Shown piece by piece: positions 46,165 through 56,117 of a stretch of 64,000 bases of DNA. The position numbers and the translations under genes were made by a program. The stretch lies in the NCBI GenBank assembly GCA_031962025.1, contig JAVRKW010000007.1; one strand, written 5' to 3'. The notes beneath the pieces are model-generated. The model searched no databases. It was not told the origin of the DNA and was given only the letters and a program-made list of their open reading frames with translations. The DNA comes from Pseudothermotoga sp. GTDB taxonomy: Bacteria > Thermotogota > Thermotogae > Thermotogales > DSM-5069. Position 1 is the first letter of the stretch; every line of letters begins with the position of its first letter.

Positions 46165-46997
46165 ATCCAGTTTTCCTCTATGGTTTTTATATGATCCTCA
46201 AATTTCTCTGACAGAAATAATCCAACAGATTTTGAGTATTTTCTCCAGCCATCAAGTTCATCGACCGGCACAATACCTCTGCTGGTGTGAGTGAGAAAAA
46301 CTTCATCAGCCCCATAGAGTTCCGATGGTTCAACCCAGCGCTCTTCAATCCCGATTTTTAAAGATTTGCACAGGCTTATTACATTTTTTCTGGTTATACC
46401 TGGCAAAATACCACTTTCAAGATCTGGAGTCACGATGCGATTGTCTTTCACAAGAAATACATTGGTAAAGGTCCCTTCGCAGAGCTGTCCTTTACTGCCA
46501 AGCATCAACACATCGTATGCATTGCCTTTCATGGATTTTGCAAGCAAGATATCTGTTCTACCAACGACTTTTAAATCAGCCGGTGTCGCACAACTATCGA
46601 TTTTTCTTATATTGCTGAGCTTTACCTGGATTTTTTCTTCTTTCTTAAAAACCCTCAGCTGATCCATGTAAATAATCAGTTCGCCTGCATGAAGCTGGTA
46701 TTTAAAAGCGCTGATTTCTCCGCGCGGTAAAAGCAATACCCTTATCGATACATCGTCTTCAAAGTTCTCTATGCCCTGCAAAATAATCTGGCGAAAGCGT
46801 TCATACTCAACAGGGACTTTCATACCTAAATAAGCTGCAGAAACTGATAGCCTTTCATAATGAAACTTTGCGGCAAACAACCTTTTCTGGTAGGTCCTAA
46901 GTGTTTCGTACGGTATACCTCCATAAAGTACTCCTGGCTCATCAATCGGTAAACTCGCTTCATGCTTCCTTAGCCATTGACCCTTCCAAACCAGCAA
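46161..46997 (-). CDS. Class IV aminotransferase (PabC/IlvE/Dat family)
   Basis: YETLR, H..RL..SA, EGT.TNVF, ILPGITR. Confidence 0.9.
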   Translation of the reverse strand: MLVWKGQWLRKHEASLPIDEPGVLYGGIPYETLRTYQKRLFAAKFHYERLSVSAAYLGMKVPVEYERFRQIILQGIENFEDDVSIRVLLLPRGEISAFKYQLHAGELIIYMDQLRVFKKEEKIQVKLSNIRKIDSCATPADLKVVGRTDILLAKSMKGNAYDVLMLGSKGQLCEGTFTNVFLVKDNRIVTPDLESGILPGITRKNVISLCKSLKIGIEERWVEPSELYGADEVFLTHTSRGIVPVDELDGWRKYSKSVGLFLSEKFEDHIKTIEENWI

Positions 46998-48273
46998 GTG
47001 TTGACACCACCCCTGCACCATTTACACGCTTTGGCATAACAGTTTCAAAATTTCCGATACAACCACCTGTGAATTCATGGCGGACATAGTATTCATCGTA
47101 GCCCGAAGATATACCGGACCTGTTCTGTTCGACCAGAACCTTTCTCAGCTTTCCGATGCTTTTTTCTCGATACATTCTTGAGACTTCCTCAACGACCTTA
47201 GACAATTCCTTGCTTCTGCGTTCTTTTTCACCAGGCGGTATCTGATGATCGAATCTCGATGCAACCGTTCCTGGTCTGGCAGAGTATCTGAAAACATGTA
47301 CTCTTGAAAAAACAGCCCTGTTAACCATTTCAAGAGTTTGTTTGAAGTCACCGATTGTTTCACCAGGAAAGCCGACTATTATATCCGTTGTAATTGAAAA
47401 GTCCGGGTTAATCTCTCTCAATCTATCAAATATTCCATAGGCTTCCTCAACGGTGTACTTTCTGTTCATCTTCGATAAGATCTCATTCGACCCGCTCTGC
47501 ATGGGAATGTGTAAGTGTGGGCAGATTCTATCGCTCTGTGCAAATACCTCTATCAGCTCGCCGGTTATATCCTGAACATTTAAAGAACTCAATCTGATTC
47601 TAAAATCACCAGACAATTTTTCCAGCATGGTTTTCAAAAGCTCGGCAAGATTTGTTTGCTGATCCACACCGTACTTACCCAGATTGATTCCAGTCAGAAC
47701 GATCTCCCTGTAACCATTTCCCAGAAGCGTTCTTGCTTCGTCAACCACCTTTTCGACGGATTTGGACCTTATCCGATGTCCTCGCGCCAGAGGAACGATA
47801 CAATAGCTGCAAAACTCATTACAGCCATCTTCTACCTTTATGTACGCCCTGGTCCTGTCAGACAGAAAATTCTGAACTTTTTCATCTACTTCACGCACCG
47901 GTTCTGAAACATTCACGACTTTTGTCTCTGATTGCTGAAGATATCTTTTTATGTAATCGGTCAGATCCTTTTTCTCGTTGTTACCAAGTACCAGATCTGC
48001 TCCTATCTCTAAGAGCTCCTGTTGCTGTAAATGCGCGTAACACCCGGTTGCAATTATCAAAGCTTTGGGATTGAGTTTTCTCAATTTTCGAAGTATCTGC
48101 CTTGACTTTCTGGAAGCTTCTGAAGTAACCATGCAGGTGTTCAGGACACAGAGATCCGCCTTTGAAGGGTGCGGTGAGACAACAAAACCATTTTGCTCGA
48201 GTTTTTCAATCATGTACTCGGCTTCATACTGGTTGACTTTACAGCCAAGAAATGTTACATAAACCTTTTTCAC
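46960..48273 (-). CDS. mtaB: tRNA t6A37 methylthiotransferase
   Basis: LGCKVNQYE, NTCMVT, GCNEFCSYC. Confidence 0.93.
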   Translation of the reverse strand: MKKVYVTFLGCKVNQYEAEYMIEKLEQNGFVVSPHPSKADLCVLNTCMVTSEASRKSRQILRKLRKLNPKALIIATGCYAHLQQQELLEIGADLVLGNNEKKDLTDYIKRYLQQSETKVVNVSEPVREVDEKVQNFLSDRTRAYIKVEDGCNEFCSYCIVPLARGHRIRSKSVEKVVDEARTLLGNGYREIVLTGINLGKYGVDQQTNLAELLKTMLEKLSGDFRIRLSSLNVQDITGELIEVFAQSDRICPHLHIPMQSGSNEILSKMNRKYTVEEAYGIFDRLREINPDFSITTDIIVGFPGETIGDFKQTLEMVNRAVFSRVHVFRYSARPGTVASRFDHQIPPGEKERRSKELSKVVEEVSRMYREKSIGKLRKVLVEQNRSGISSGYDEYYVRHEFTGGCIGNFETVMPKRVNGAGVVSTLAGLEGSMAKEA

Positions 48274-48720
48274 TCAAAGAGCCCCTTCCATCGCTGCTTT
48301 GAGAATATTTGTTCTGCTGACGATCCCAACAAGCCTTCCCTGGTCATCTATAACTGGTATTGTCTTGGTATTGTATCGAATCATGATGTCAGCAACGTGT
48401 ACCAGCATGGCATTTTCGTTGACTACAACCGGTGGGTGCGTCATGTATTCCGATATGGGTTTGTCCTTTATAAGAACAGCGTTTTTTAAAAACTGATTCA
48501 TATCTGGTATGAACGACGTAGATTGCAAAAGAGAAAAATAACTGGGAACAACGGCTTTGATTATATCACTCTCACTTGCAAAACCAATCACGTGCATGTC
48601 TTCTGAGACAACTGGTATACCTGAAAGAAGCTGGCTTGCCATTATTTTCAAAACATTACCGACAGTCTCATCCTTGGTAACTGCTGTAACATCTCTGACC
48701 ATGATATCAAACACTCGCAT
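48274..48720 (-). CDS. CBS-pair protein
   Basis: Two CBS motifs (GIPVV, IPVID..G.LVGIVS). Confidence 0.9.
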   Translation of the reverse strand: MRVFDIMVRDVTAVTKDETVGNVLKIMASQLLSGIPVVSEDMHVIGFASESDIIKAVVPSYFSLLQSTSFIPDMNQFLKNAVLIKDKPISEYMTHPPVVVNENAMLVHVADIMIRYNTKTIPVIDDQGRLVGIVSRTNILKAAMEGAL

Positions 48721-48729
48721 TTAAACCAC

Positions 48730-49692
48730 CTACCGAAGTCTCTCAACTTGACAATCCTGCAAACAAGCCATTATCTCTTCATACTCTGGCATCTCTTTTA
48801 GTGGTTTTTTCGTCTTCGCCAGCGCAGCAGCGTACCCGAACTTAGCTACCTCGAGCAGATCATGAGCTGGTGAAGAAAGCCTTTTATAAACCATGGCTGC
48901 TATGTAGGCATCACCGGCTCCAAGCAAATTCGAAATCTCTACATCTTGTGGTGTGGTTATCAACCAGACACCGTCGCTGGTTGCAACAACATCGCTTTTT
49001 ATCTGATAAGATATCACAGACATCCTGCATCCCATTTTGACGAGTTCAACTGCCGCCTGAACATAATCATCGAGGGTAAAAAGTTCTCTTCCAAGAACGA
49101 CATTTTTCTCTCTTGTGTCTGGTTTTATCACATCCGGCACCTGTACCTGAAGAGCAGGCTTGATATATTCGTCGACTACTTCCATGAATACATGCTTTGC
49201 TTTTTGTTTTGCCAGCTTTGCAAAAACTCCATAAACGTCACCCTGAAAGTTTGGAGGAAGGCTTCCAGAGAGAACGACCATTTCGGCACGGGATAAAAAG
49301 ATCTCGTAACGCTTTAGCAAAAGATCCAGTGCGTGTTTTTCAACAACAGGTCCGGGAGAATTGATCTCAGTCAGGGTGTGGTTTTTTGGATCGATTATGG
49401 AAATGTTTTCGCGTGTTTCCTGATCTATATGCACAAAACTCGTGCTTATCAGCGGGCTAATTTTACCGAGTTCCGCTAAAAGGACGCGTCCAATATAACC
49501 ACCCAGTATTCCAATAGCCACAGACTGCACTCTCAATTTTGCAAGTGCAATGGAAACATTTATTCCCTTACCCCCGGGTGACATCATTATATCTCTGTGA
49601 TGCGCTATTCTGTGAAGTTCATTAACCTGAAAATCTTCAACTATGAACTCTCGATCCAGAGCAGGGTTAAGAGTAACGGTTATAACCTTCAA
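48730..49692 (-). CDS. PfkB/1-phosphofructokinase family sugar kinase
   Basis: TLNPALD, GGKGINV, GAGDA. Confidence 0.9.
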   Translation of the reverse strand: MKVITVTLNPALDREFIVEDFQVNELHRIAHHRDIMMSPGGKGINVSIALAKLRVQSVAIGILGGYIGRVLLAELGKISPLISTSFVHIDQETRENISIIDPKNHTLTEINSPGPVVEKHALDLLLKRYEIFLSRAEMVVLSGSLPPNFQGDVYGVFAKLAKQKAKHVFMEVVDEYIKPALQVQVPDVIKPDTREKNVVLGRELFTLDDYVQAAVELVKMGCRMSVISYQIKSDVVATSDGVWLITTPQDVEISNLLGAGDAYIAAMVYKRLSSPAHDLLEVAKFGYAAALAKTKKPLKEMPEYEEIMACLQDCQVERLR

Positions 49693-49696
49693 GCTG

Positions 49697-50449
49697 TCAC
49701 CTCTTCAAAATCAACTCTCTTGGTGTTCCTTTATATTCTATTTTACCATCTTTCATAACCACAAAAATATCTGCAAGTGGTAAGAAACGATTCCTGTGTC
49801 TGGTGCTCAATATGACAACTCTGTCTTCTTTTAACGTTGAAAGCTCTTTAACAACAGGAACAAGAGTTTCGTCATCAACGTGATCAAGAATACAATCCAG
49901 AACGATTATGGAAGATTTTCTCACAATTGCAGCAAAAAGGAGAATCATGATCTTCTCCATCGTGTAAAACTCTTTCAGTGGCGTCTGCAATTCTCTTCGA
50001 AGTAATTTGAGAATGCCAAGCCTATCCAGTTCTGATGAAAATTCGTCCAATGCCACCTGTTTTTCCGATAGAACTAAATTTATGAATTCACCAAATCTCA
50101 AATGATCGAGCGCTTCAACAAAGGATGGTTCGATATAAGTTACGAGCCTTCTGAGGGTCTTTTTCTCATAAGCGGTTACTGGTTTGCCGTTTATCTTTAG
50201 CTCTCCATCCCAGACGACGTTATCGTATATCTCTTTATTCAACCTTAGAAGGGACCTCAACAGGGCAGATTTACCAGCTCCTCTTGGGCCATATACTATC
50301 GTGAATTCGCCTGTCTGAACCGTTAAATCGATGTTCTTCAGTACACTTACGCCATCTATGGACATAGAGAAATTGAGAAATTCAATGGAACTACGATCCT
50401 CTGACGCCTTTTCTTGATCTGGTGCAGTCTGATTGTTCTGCGTCAACAA
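49697..50449 (-). CDS. Degenerate ABC ATPase-like protein (PstB-like), no adjacent permease
   Basis: Walker A GPRGAGKS; no LSGGQ; Walker B IIVLDC. Confidence 0.75.
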   Translation of the reverse strand: MLTQNNQTAPDQEKASEDRSSIEFLNFSMSIDGVSVLKNIDLTVQTGEFTIVYGPRGAGKSALLRSLLRLNKEIYDNVVWDGELKINGKPVTAYEKKTLRRLVTYIEPSFVEALDHLRFGEFINLVLSEKQVALDEFSSELDRLGILKLLRRELQTPLKEFYTMEKIMILLFAAIVRKSSIIVLDCILDHVDDETLVPVVKELSTLKEDRVVILSTRHRNRFLPLADIFVVMKDGKIEYKGTPRELILKR

Positions 50450-50558
50450 GGGTCATCCTCCTTCGCATCTCTTCTTCAGCACCTTTTTCCCCTTCTTTTA
50501 ACATACGAAGGAGCTCATACTGCGAAACTGTTCTGGGATTCTTTTGCTTCTTTTTCAT
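50391..50558 (-). CDS. 55-aa basic hypothetical protein, below the ORF-track cut-off
   Basis: MKKKQKNPRT...GVRGS; SD AAGGGTG; first ORF of the long minus-strand run; overlaps the next gene by 59 bp. Confidence 0.45.
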   Translation of the reverse strand: MKKKQKNPRTVSQYELLRMLKEGEKGAEEEMRRRMTLVDAEQSDCTRSRKGVRGS

Positions 50559-50709
50559 ATCTTCACCCCTTGCGTGTTTACTATCTGTATTTTATGGTTT
50601 TTCAATTACTCAAAGTTGTAGTTAGTATTACAAAAAATCAGCTATAAGACATACCCTCTGAAAACAGCGATGAATGTATTACTGTATAATAAATTACGGA
50701 GGTGACCAG

Positions 50710-51117
50710 ATGACATTTTCAGATTTTCAGGTTGGTCAGACTTACAGTGAAAAATTTGTCATTACCGAGAAAATGGTCAGAGATTTTTCAGAACTCACCG
50801 GTGATAAAAACCCCGTTCATCTGGACGAAGAGTACGCAAAATCAACACGTTTCAAAAGAAGAATCTGTCATGGAATGCTTGCCGCATCACTGATCTCAAA
50901 GGTTCTCGGTATGGACTTTCCAGGTCCTGGAACTATTCTTGTAAAGCAGCAGTTCAAATACAGGGCGCCGGTTTACATAAACGAGCAGATAGAAATACAA
51001 GTCAAAATAACTCAAGTGATAACTGATAAGCACAGACTTGTGCTTGATACGAATGTGATAAAGGAAGATTCAACAATCGCAATAGAAGGAGTTTGTGAGG
51101 TACTTTTCGAATCATGA
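50710..51117 (+). CDS. MaoC/PhaJ-type (R)-enoyl-CoA hydratase
   Basis: GDKNPVHLD, ICHGML, PGPG. Confidence 0.92.
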   Translation: MTFSDFQVGQTYSEKFVITEKMVRDFSELTGDKNPVHLDEEYAKSTRFKRRICHGMLAASLISKVLGMDFPGPGTILVKQQFKYRAPVYINEQIEIQVKITQVITDKHRLVLDTNVIKEDSTIAIEGVCEVLFES

Positions 51118-51842
51118 GACCTTTTGGCCAGCATTTTCTGACAGACGAAAAAGCAGTACACTGTTTGATAGAACAATTACTGGATGAAAAAAACAGAACA
51201 ATCATCGAAATAGGTCCAGGAAAGGGTTTTATAACCAAATTTCTTCTTCAAAACGGTTTCAAAATCGTGGCTTATGAGATCGATGAAAAGATCGCCAATC
51301 AGCTCAAAGAAAGTGTCAATAGCATTAATTTAGATATACGAGTGAAAGACTTTCTCAAAGTAGATATCCAAGAACTGCCAGACTTGAGCTGTTGTATTGG
51401 CAGTATACCGTATCAAATCTCATCAAAGTTGGTCAGAAAGATAATAGACCTTTCTTTCAAAAAGGCAGTACTGATTGTTCAGAAGGAATTTGCAGAAAAA
51501 CTCACAGCTTCACCATCCACCAGAAAATACACCTTCATCTCAGCCTTAGCTCAGAGTTTTTACACAATCAGAAGAATATGCAACATACCAAAAAGCTCAT
51601 TTTCTCCACCACCAAAAGTGGAATCGACCATAATAGTCATGGTCAAAAAGCAGAAAACACCTGAACCTGGTGGATATGCCCTGTTTTTGCGCAGGCTTTT
51701 CACTTCACCCAATAAAACTGTTCGATATGCCCTGAGATCTCTTCAAGATGTTCGCGCGGAAATCTTGCAAAAGCGTGTTCGTGATCTCTCTACAGATGAG
51801 ATTTTAGAAATTTACAGCAAATCAGCCAGAAAACTCGTCTAA
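51114..51842 (+). CDS. rsmA: 16S rRNA dimethyladenosine transferase
   Basis: GQHFL, EIGPGKG, IPYQIS, QKEFA, F.PPPKVES. Confidence 0.92.
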   Translation: MRPFGQHFLTDEKAVHCLIEQLLDEKNRTIIEIGPGKGFITKFLLQNGFKIVAYEIDEKIANQLKESVNSINLDIRVKDFLKVDIQELPDLSCCIGSIPYQISSKLVRKIIDLSFKKAVLIVQKEFAEKLTASPSTRKYTFISALAQSFYTIRRICNIPKSSFSPPPKVESTIIVMVKKQKTPEPGGYALFLRRLFTSPNKTVRYALRSLQDVRAEILQKRVRDLSTDEILEIYSKSARKLV

Positions 51843-51971
51843 TGAAGATAAATGAATGTATGAATTACAAACCGCATCTTTGTTGTCTGATGTCAGAGTT
51901 GGCACTGTGAAAGATAGCTGTGAACTGGTAAGAATTGGTGGGTGATTAGGGGTGTCAAAAGGAGTGGTCAG

Positions 51972-53672
51972 GTGACAAAAGCAGAGCTTTTTGAAACTGT
52001 GTTGAACTCAATAGTTGAAGGAATAATAATGGTGGATAAAGATGCAAGGATAATCTTTATGAACAAACAGGCATCGCTGATTCTGGGAATCCCCATTTCA
52101 CAGGCAATTGGCAAAAATGTTGTTGATGCCATTCCCAATACACGATTGCACATTGTTTTGAAAACAGGTATACCAGAACCGGACAGGATCCAGCAGCTTG
52201 GTCATACACAGATAATAACAACTCGGGTTCCTATCAGGGACAGTTCTGGACAGATAATAGGTGCTATGGCAATTTTTAGAGATATTACGAGCGTTCAAAA
52301 GATGGCTGAAGAGGTAACAAATTTGAGACAAATGGAAGCACTTTTGAAAGCAATCATTGAGTCGACAAGCGATGCGATATCTGTCGCCGATGAAGACGGA
52401 AAGATAGTTATGGTGAATAAAGCTTACACCAAGATCACCGGCTACAGCTCCAGCGAAGTTGTGGGTAAACTTGCAACTGTCGACATCGCTCAGGGTGAAA
52501 GCATGCACATAAAAGTGGCAAAAACCAGGCAACCGATTTATGGTGCAAGACTGCTCGTTGGTCCGGGAAAAAGAGAAGTTGTGGTCGATGTTACTCCACT
52601 TTTTGTGAAAAACGAGTTTAAAGGAAGCGTTGCTGTGATCCATGATGTTACAGAAATCATCAGACTGAACAAAGAACTGGACGAGGTAAAAAGACTGATC
52701 AGAAGAATGGGTGCAAAATACACTTTTGAAGATGTAGTAGCAGAAAGTCCCAAGATGAAAATTGCACTTACCCAGGCAATGAAGGTCGCACCCACTCCAG
52801 CCACTGTGCTGTTGAGAGGTGAGAGCGGCACAGGCAAAGAACTGTTTGCACATGCCATTCACAATGCAAGTGATAGGAAAGATCGAGCCTTTGTGAGTGT
52901 TAACTGCGCGGCAATTCCAGAATCGATTTTAGAATCCGAGCTTTTTGGTTATGCATCCGGAGCTTTCACGGGAGCGAGAAAGGAAGGCAAGAAAGGCTTA
53001 CTCGAAGAAGCCCAGCACGGGACCATTTTCTTCGACGAGATTGGCAAGATGCCTTTAACTGTCCAGTCGAAATTGCTCAGGTTTCTGGAGAGTAGAGAGA
53101 TAGTCCCCGTTGGAGACACCAAAGCGACAAAAATAGATGCAAGAATAATTGCCGCGACAAATATGGACTTAGAAAAAATGGTACAGCAAGGCACCTTTCT
53201 ACCGGATCTTTACTTCAGGCTCAATGTCTTTCCAATATTTCTACCACCTCTTAGAGAGAGAAAAGAAGATATACCAATTTTGATTCAGTATATAATAAGA
53301 AAACTCAATCAGGAATATGGCAGAACGGTGGAAGGTATTTCACCAGATGCTTTGGTCAGATTGATGAATTACAACTGGCCCGGGAATGTGAGAGAACTTG
53401 AGAATGTTATAGGTCGCGCGATGATAAATATGGACAGTGAAGATAGACTTGTGAGATTACACCACTTACCGCCTCTGAAAACCACTTACCATGCAGTTGA
53501 CGTACCATCGGCTGGAAATCTCAAAGAAATGCTTTTTGAATACGAGAAAGGGATTATACTCAAAGCGCTGGACCAGAATGACTGGAATGTTCCCAAAGCT
53601 GCTGCTGCACTTGGAATGAGTGTTAGGACACTTTACTATCGCATGAAAGTGCTGGATATAAAAAGAAAATAA
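51972..53672 (+). CDS. PAS-PAS sigma54-interacting AAA+ activator with Fis HTH
   Basis: GESGTGKE, GAFTGA, DLYFRLNV, WPGNVRELEN. Confidence 0.93.
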   Translation: MTKAELFETVLNSIVEGIIMVDKDARIIFMNKQASLILGIPISQAIGKNVVDAIPNTRLHIVLKTGIPEPDRIQQLGHTQIITTRVPIRDSSGQIIGAMAIFRDITSVQKMAEEVTNLRQMEALLKAIIESTSDAISVADEDGKIVMVNKAYTKITGYSSSEVVGKLATVDIAQGESMHIKVAKTRQPIYGARLLVGPGKREVVVDVTPLFVKNEFKGSVAVIHDVTEIIRLNKELDEVKRLIRRMGAKYTFEDVVAESPKMKIALTQAMKVAPTPATVLLRGESGTGKELFAHAIHNASDRKDRAFVSVNCAAIPESILESELFGYASGAFTGARKEGKKGLLEEAQHGTIFFDEIGKMPLTVQSKLLRFLESREIVPVGDTKATKIDARIIAATNMDLEKMVQQGTFLPDLYFRLNVFPIFLPPLRERKEDIPILIQYIIRKLNQEYGRTVEGISPDALVRLMNYNWPGNVRELENVIGRAMINMDSEDRLVRLHHLPPLKTTYHAVDVPSAGNLKEMLFEYEKGIILKALDQNDWNVPKAAAALGMSVRTLYYRMKVLDIKRK

Positions 53673-53719
53673 GGTATATAATAAAAACATGAAAGATGAT
53701 TCATTTGGAGGAATTCAGA

Positions 53720-54964
53720 ATGAGACGAGACCCCAGAAGATCTGATGGAAAGAAGACCCTCAAGAATCTGATGGATGTAGCAAATGAACTTTTTGCGACC
53801 TATGGATACTATGGTGTCTCGATTCCCATGATTGCACACAAAGCCGGTGTAAAAAATGCCACTTTCTACCAGTATTTTTCCGATAAAGAATCGATATACC
53901 AAAAACTGTTAGATCATTCTTTTGAGAGATTCCAGACTCGTATGCAAAAGGTCAACGGTACCGATGCGAGCCAGATAGTCCGATCATTCATAGAGAACTA
54001 CTTTGATTTTTTTTCCAACAACAGATACTGTTATAAGATATTGCACGAAGCAGTTTACCTGCGCAGAGGAGTATTTCGAAAAGTTGAAAAGACACTGAAC
54101 AAGGTACTCGACAAAATCATTCCAGACTGCGACGAAGAAAATAAAATGGTCCTCAGGTGGTTCATAACAGGTCCTGTTCGTTTCGTATCGATATACAAAT
54201 CACTCCAAAACGATTACAGCGTTGATCGGAAAATAGTAGACGACCTGGTCGAATTTGCAATGAGAGGTCTTGATCCAAATGATCACAAGCTCAGCAAAGA
54301 GGTGTTTGAAACAGATCTACAGCCTCTGAAAGTCGAGGTTACTTCTACGAAAATGAAACTCTTGCAAGCTGCCGAAAAACTCTTTGGTACACACGGTTAC
54401 AGAAACACCATGATAAGTGATATCACGCGTATTGCAGGCGTGGCAAGTGGCACATTCTACGTTCACTTTGAAAGCAAAGAAAAAATTCTGGAAGAACTTG
54501 TGATGTCAACTAACAAAAACATGAGAATCACTATTTCGACTGCAATCAAAAAATTCTCAGACAGAAGAGATGCTGAAATAGCTGGTTTTTTAGCTTTTCT
54601 GAAATTTTTCATGCTCCATTCGAATATGTATCTAATTGTCAGACAAGCCGAGTTTTTCAATCCTGCTATTTCCAGAAGTTATTATCAGAAAATATTCAGC
54701 AGTTACCTTCCACCATTGCAAAAAGCAATGAAAGATGGACAGTTCAAAGATTTCTCACCTGATAATCTTGCTCTTGCTTTGATGGGGATAGGACATTTCA
54801 TGGGTGAAGATCTGGTCGTGCAAAAGTACGGTAACACACAGCGTGTGAATGATTATCTGTCCCGATTGTCTGATTTTATCTTCAAAGGTATCTCGATCCT
54901 GTTAAGTAGTAGCGATTGTACGAGAAATCCTGAGAAAAAAGAAGCCAGAAGAAGAAATAGGTAG
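53720..54964 (+). CDS. Double TetR-domain transcriptional regulator
   Basis: Two HTHs (AGV..ATFYQYF.DKE and AGVASGTFYVHFESKE). Confidence 0.9.
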   Translation: MRRDPRRSDGKKTLKNLMDVANELFATYGYYGVSIPMIAHKAGVKNATFYQYFSDKESIYQKLLDHSFERFQTRMQKVNGTDASQIVRSFIENYFDFFSNNRYCYKILHEAVYLRRGVFRKVEKTLNKVLDKIIPDCDEENKMVLRWFITGPVRFVSIYKSLQNDYSVDRKIVDDLVEFAMRGLDPNDHKLSKEVFETDLQPLKVEVTSTKMKLLQAAEKLFGTHGYRNTMISDITRIAGVASGTFYVHFESKEKILEELVMSTNKNMRITISTAIKKFSDRRDAEIAGFLAFLKFFMLHSNMYLIVRQAEFFNPAISRSYYQKIFSSYLPPLQKAMKDGQFKDFSPDNLALALMGIGHFMGEDLVVQKYGNTQRVNDYLSRLSDFIFKGISILLSSSDCTRNPEKKEARRRNR

Positions 54965-55004
54965 ATTTTGTCAAAAAATCAGCGTGAAGGACTTATCCGT
55001 GCGT

Positions 55005-55054
55005 TTGCAAAACAGATGACTCAGGTGTTACTATTTATGGTGAATCAACTGTCA
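55005..55054 (+). promoter_or_regulatory. Promoter with two candidate TetR operators
   Basis: TTGCAA-18 bp-TACTAT with extended TG; related boxes TGACTCAGGTGTTA (55017-55030) and TGAATCAACTGTCA (55041-55054). Confidence 0.55.
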
Positions 55055-55074
55055 ACTTGTCTGGGGGAATTACT

Positions 55075-56106
55075 ATGACAGAACATGTTGGAATCGCCGG
55101 AATAGGCACTTATCTGCCAAGTAACTATCTTTCCGCTGAAGATCTGGAAAAACTGACAAAGATTCCTGCCAGCGTACTTGTTGAAAAATTCGGTATAATC
55201 GGCAAGTACATCCCTTCAGAGCGTGACACCACGAGCTTTATGGGCATTATGGCTGCCCGTGAAGCTATCAAAGATGCTCAGATAGATCCTTCACAGATCG
55301 ATGTCGTTATATGGAATGGCGCACAGCACAAAGACTACCCGTGCTGGCTAGCGAGTACAAAGGTAGCTTACGAAATAGGTGCAAAAAATGCCTGGGCTTT
55401 TGACATGGAAGCAATGTGCGGTTCGATGATAGTCGGACTGCAGGTCGCAAGATCGTTGATGCTTTCGGAGAAAAACATAAACTGCGTCCTGCTGGTGAGC
55501 GGATACAGAAATGTGGATCTTGTGAACCATGAATACAAGCATACATCTTTCATGATTGATATTGGTGCAGGTGGTTCAGCCGTGGTGCTCAAGAAAAATC
55601 TGGGGAAAAACGCATTGCTTGGTGTGTCAAGCATCGTCGATGGATCATTTGCTGAAGATTGCATAGTACCGGTTGGTGGAACCAGAAAATGGCCCATTCA
55701 ACCACAGGATCTTGAAAACTACTATTTTCAGATACAGGAACCAGAAAAATTCAAAAACCGATTGAATGAAGTGACGCTCAAAAATTTCTATTTTGTGATC
55801 GACGATGCCCTGAGAAAAAGCGGGTTAACTCGAAAAGACATCTCATATCTGGCAATATTGCATTTCAAAAGGTCTGCTCATCTTGAGGTGCTTAAGGAAC
55901 TCGGTCTTAGAGAAAGTCAGACCACCTATCTGGAAAAATACGGACACATGGGTCAGAATGACCAAATCTTCTCAATAAAAGAAGGACTTCTCAACGCAAA
56001 GATAAAAGATGGTGATGTCATAGTTCTTGTTGGGGCTGGAGTTGGCTGGACATGGAACGCAGCCGTTGTTCGCTGGGGTAGTCTTAAAGAGCCTGTCAGC
56101 TGGTAG
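55075..56106 (+). CDS. KAS III/FabH-like condensing enzyme
   Basis: AMCGS catalytic Cys, ILHFK, YGHMG, GAGVGWTW. Confidence 0.85.
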   Translation: MTEHVGIAGIGTYLPSNYLSAEDLEKLTKIPASVLVEKFGIIGKYIPSERDTTSFMGIMAAREAIKDAQIDPSQIDVVIWNGAQHKDYPCWLASTKVAYEIGAKNAWAFDMEAMCGSMIVGLQVARSLMLSEKNINCVLLVSGYRNVDLVNHEYKHTSFMIDIGAGGSAVVLKKNLGKNALLGVSSIVDGSFAEDCIVPVGGTRKWPIQPQDLENYYFQIQEPEKFKNRLNEVTLKNFYFVIDDALRKSGLTRKDISYLAILHFKRSAHLEVLKELGLRESQTTYLEKYGHMGQNDQIFSIKEGLLNAKIKDGDVIVLVGAGVGWTWNAAVVRWGSLKEPVSW

Positions 56107-56117
56107 GAGGGATTATC

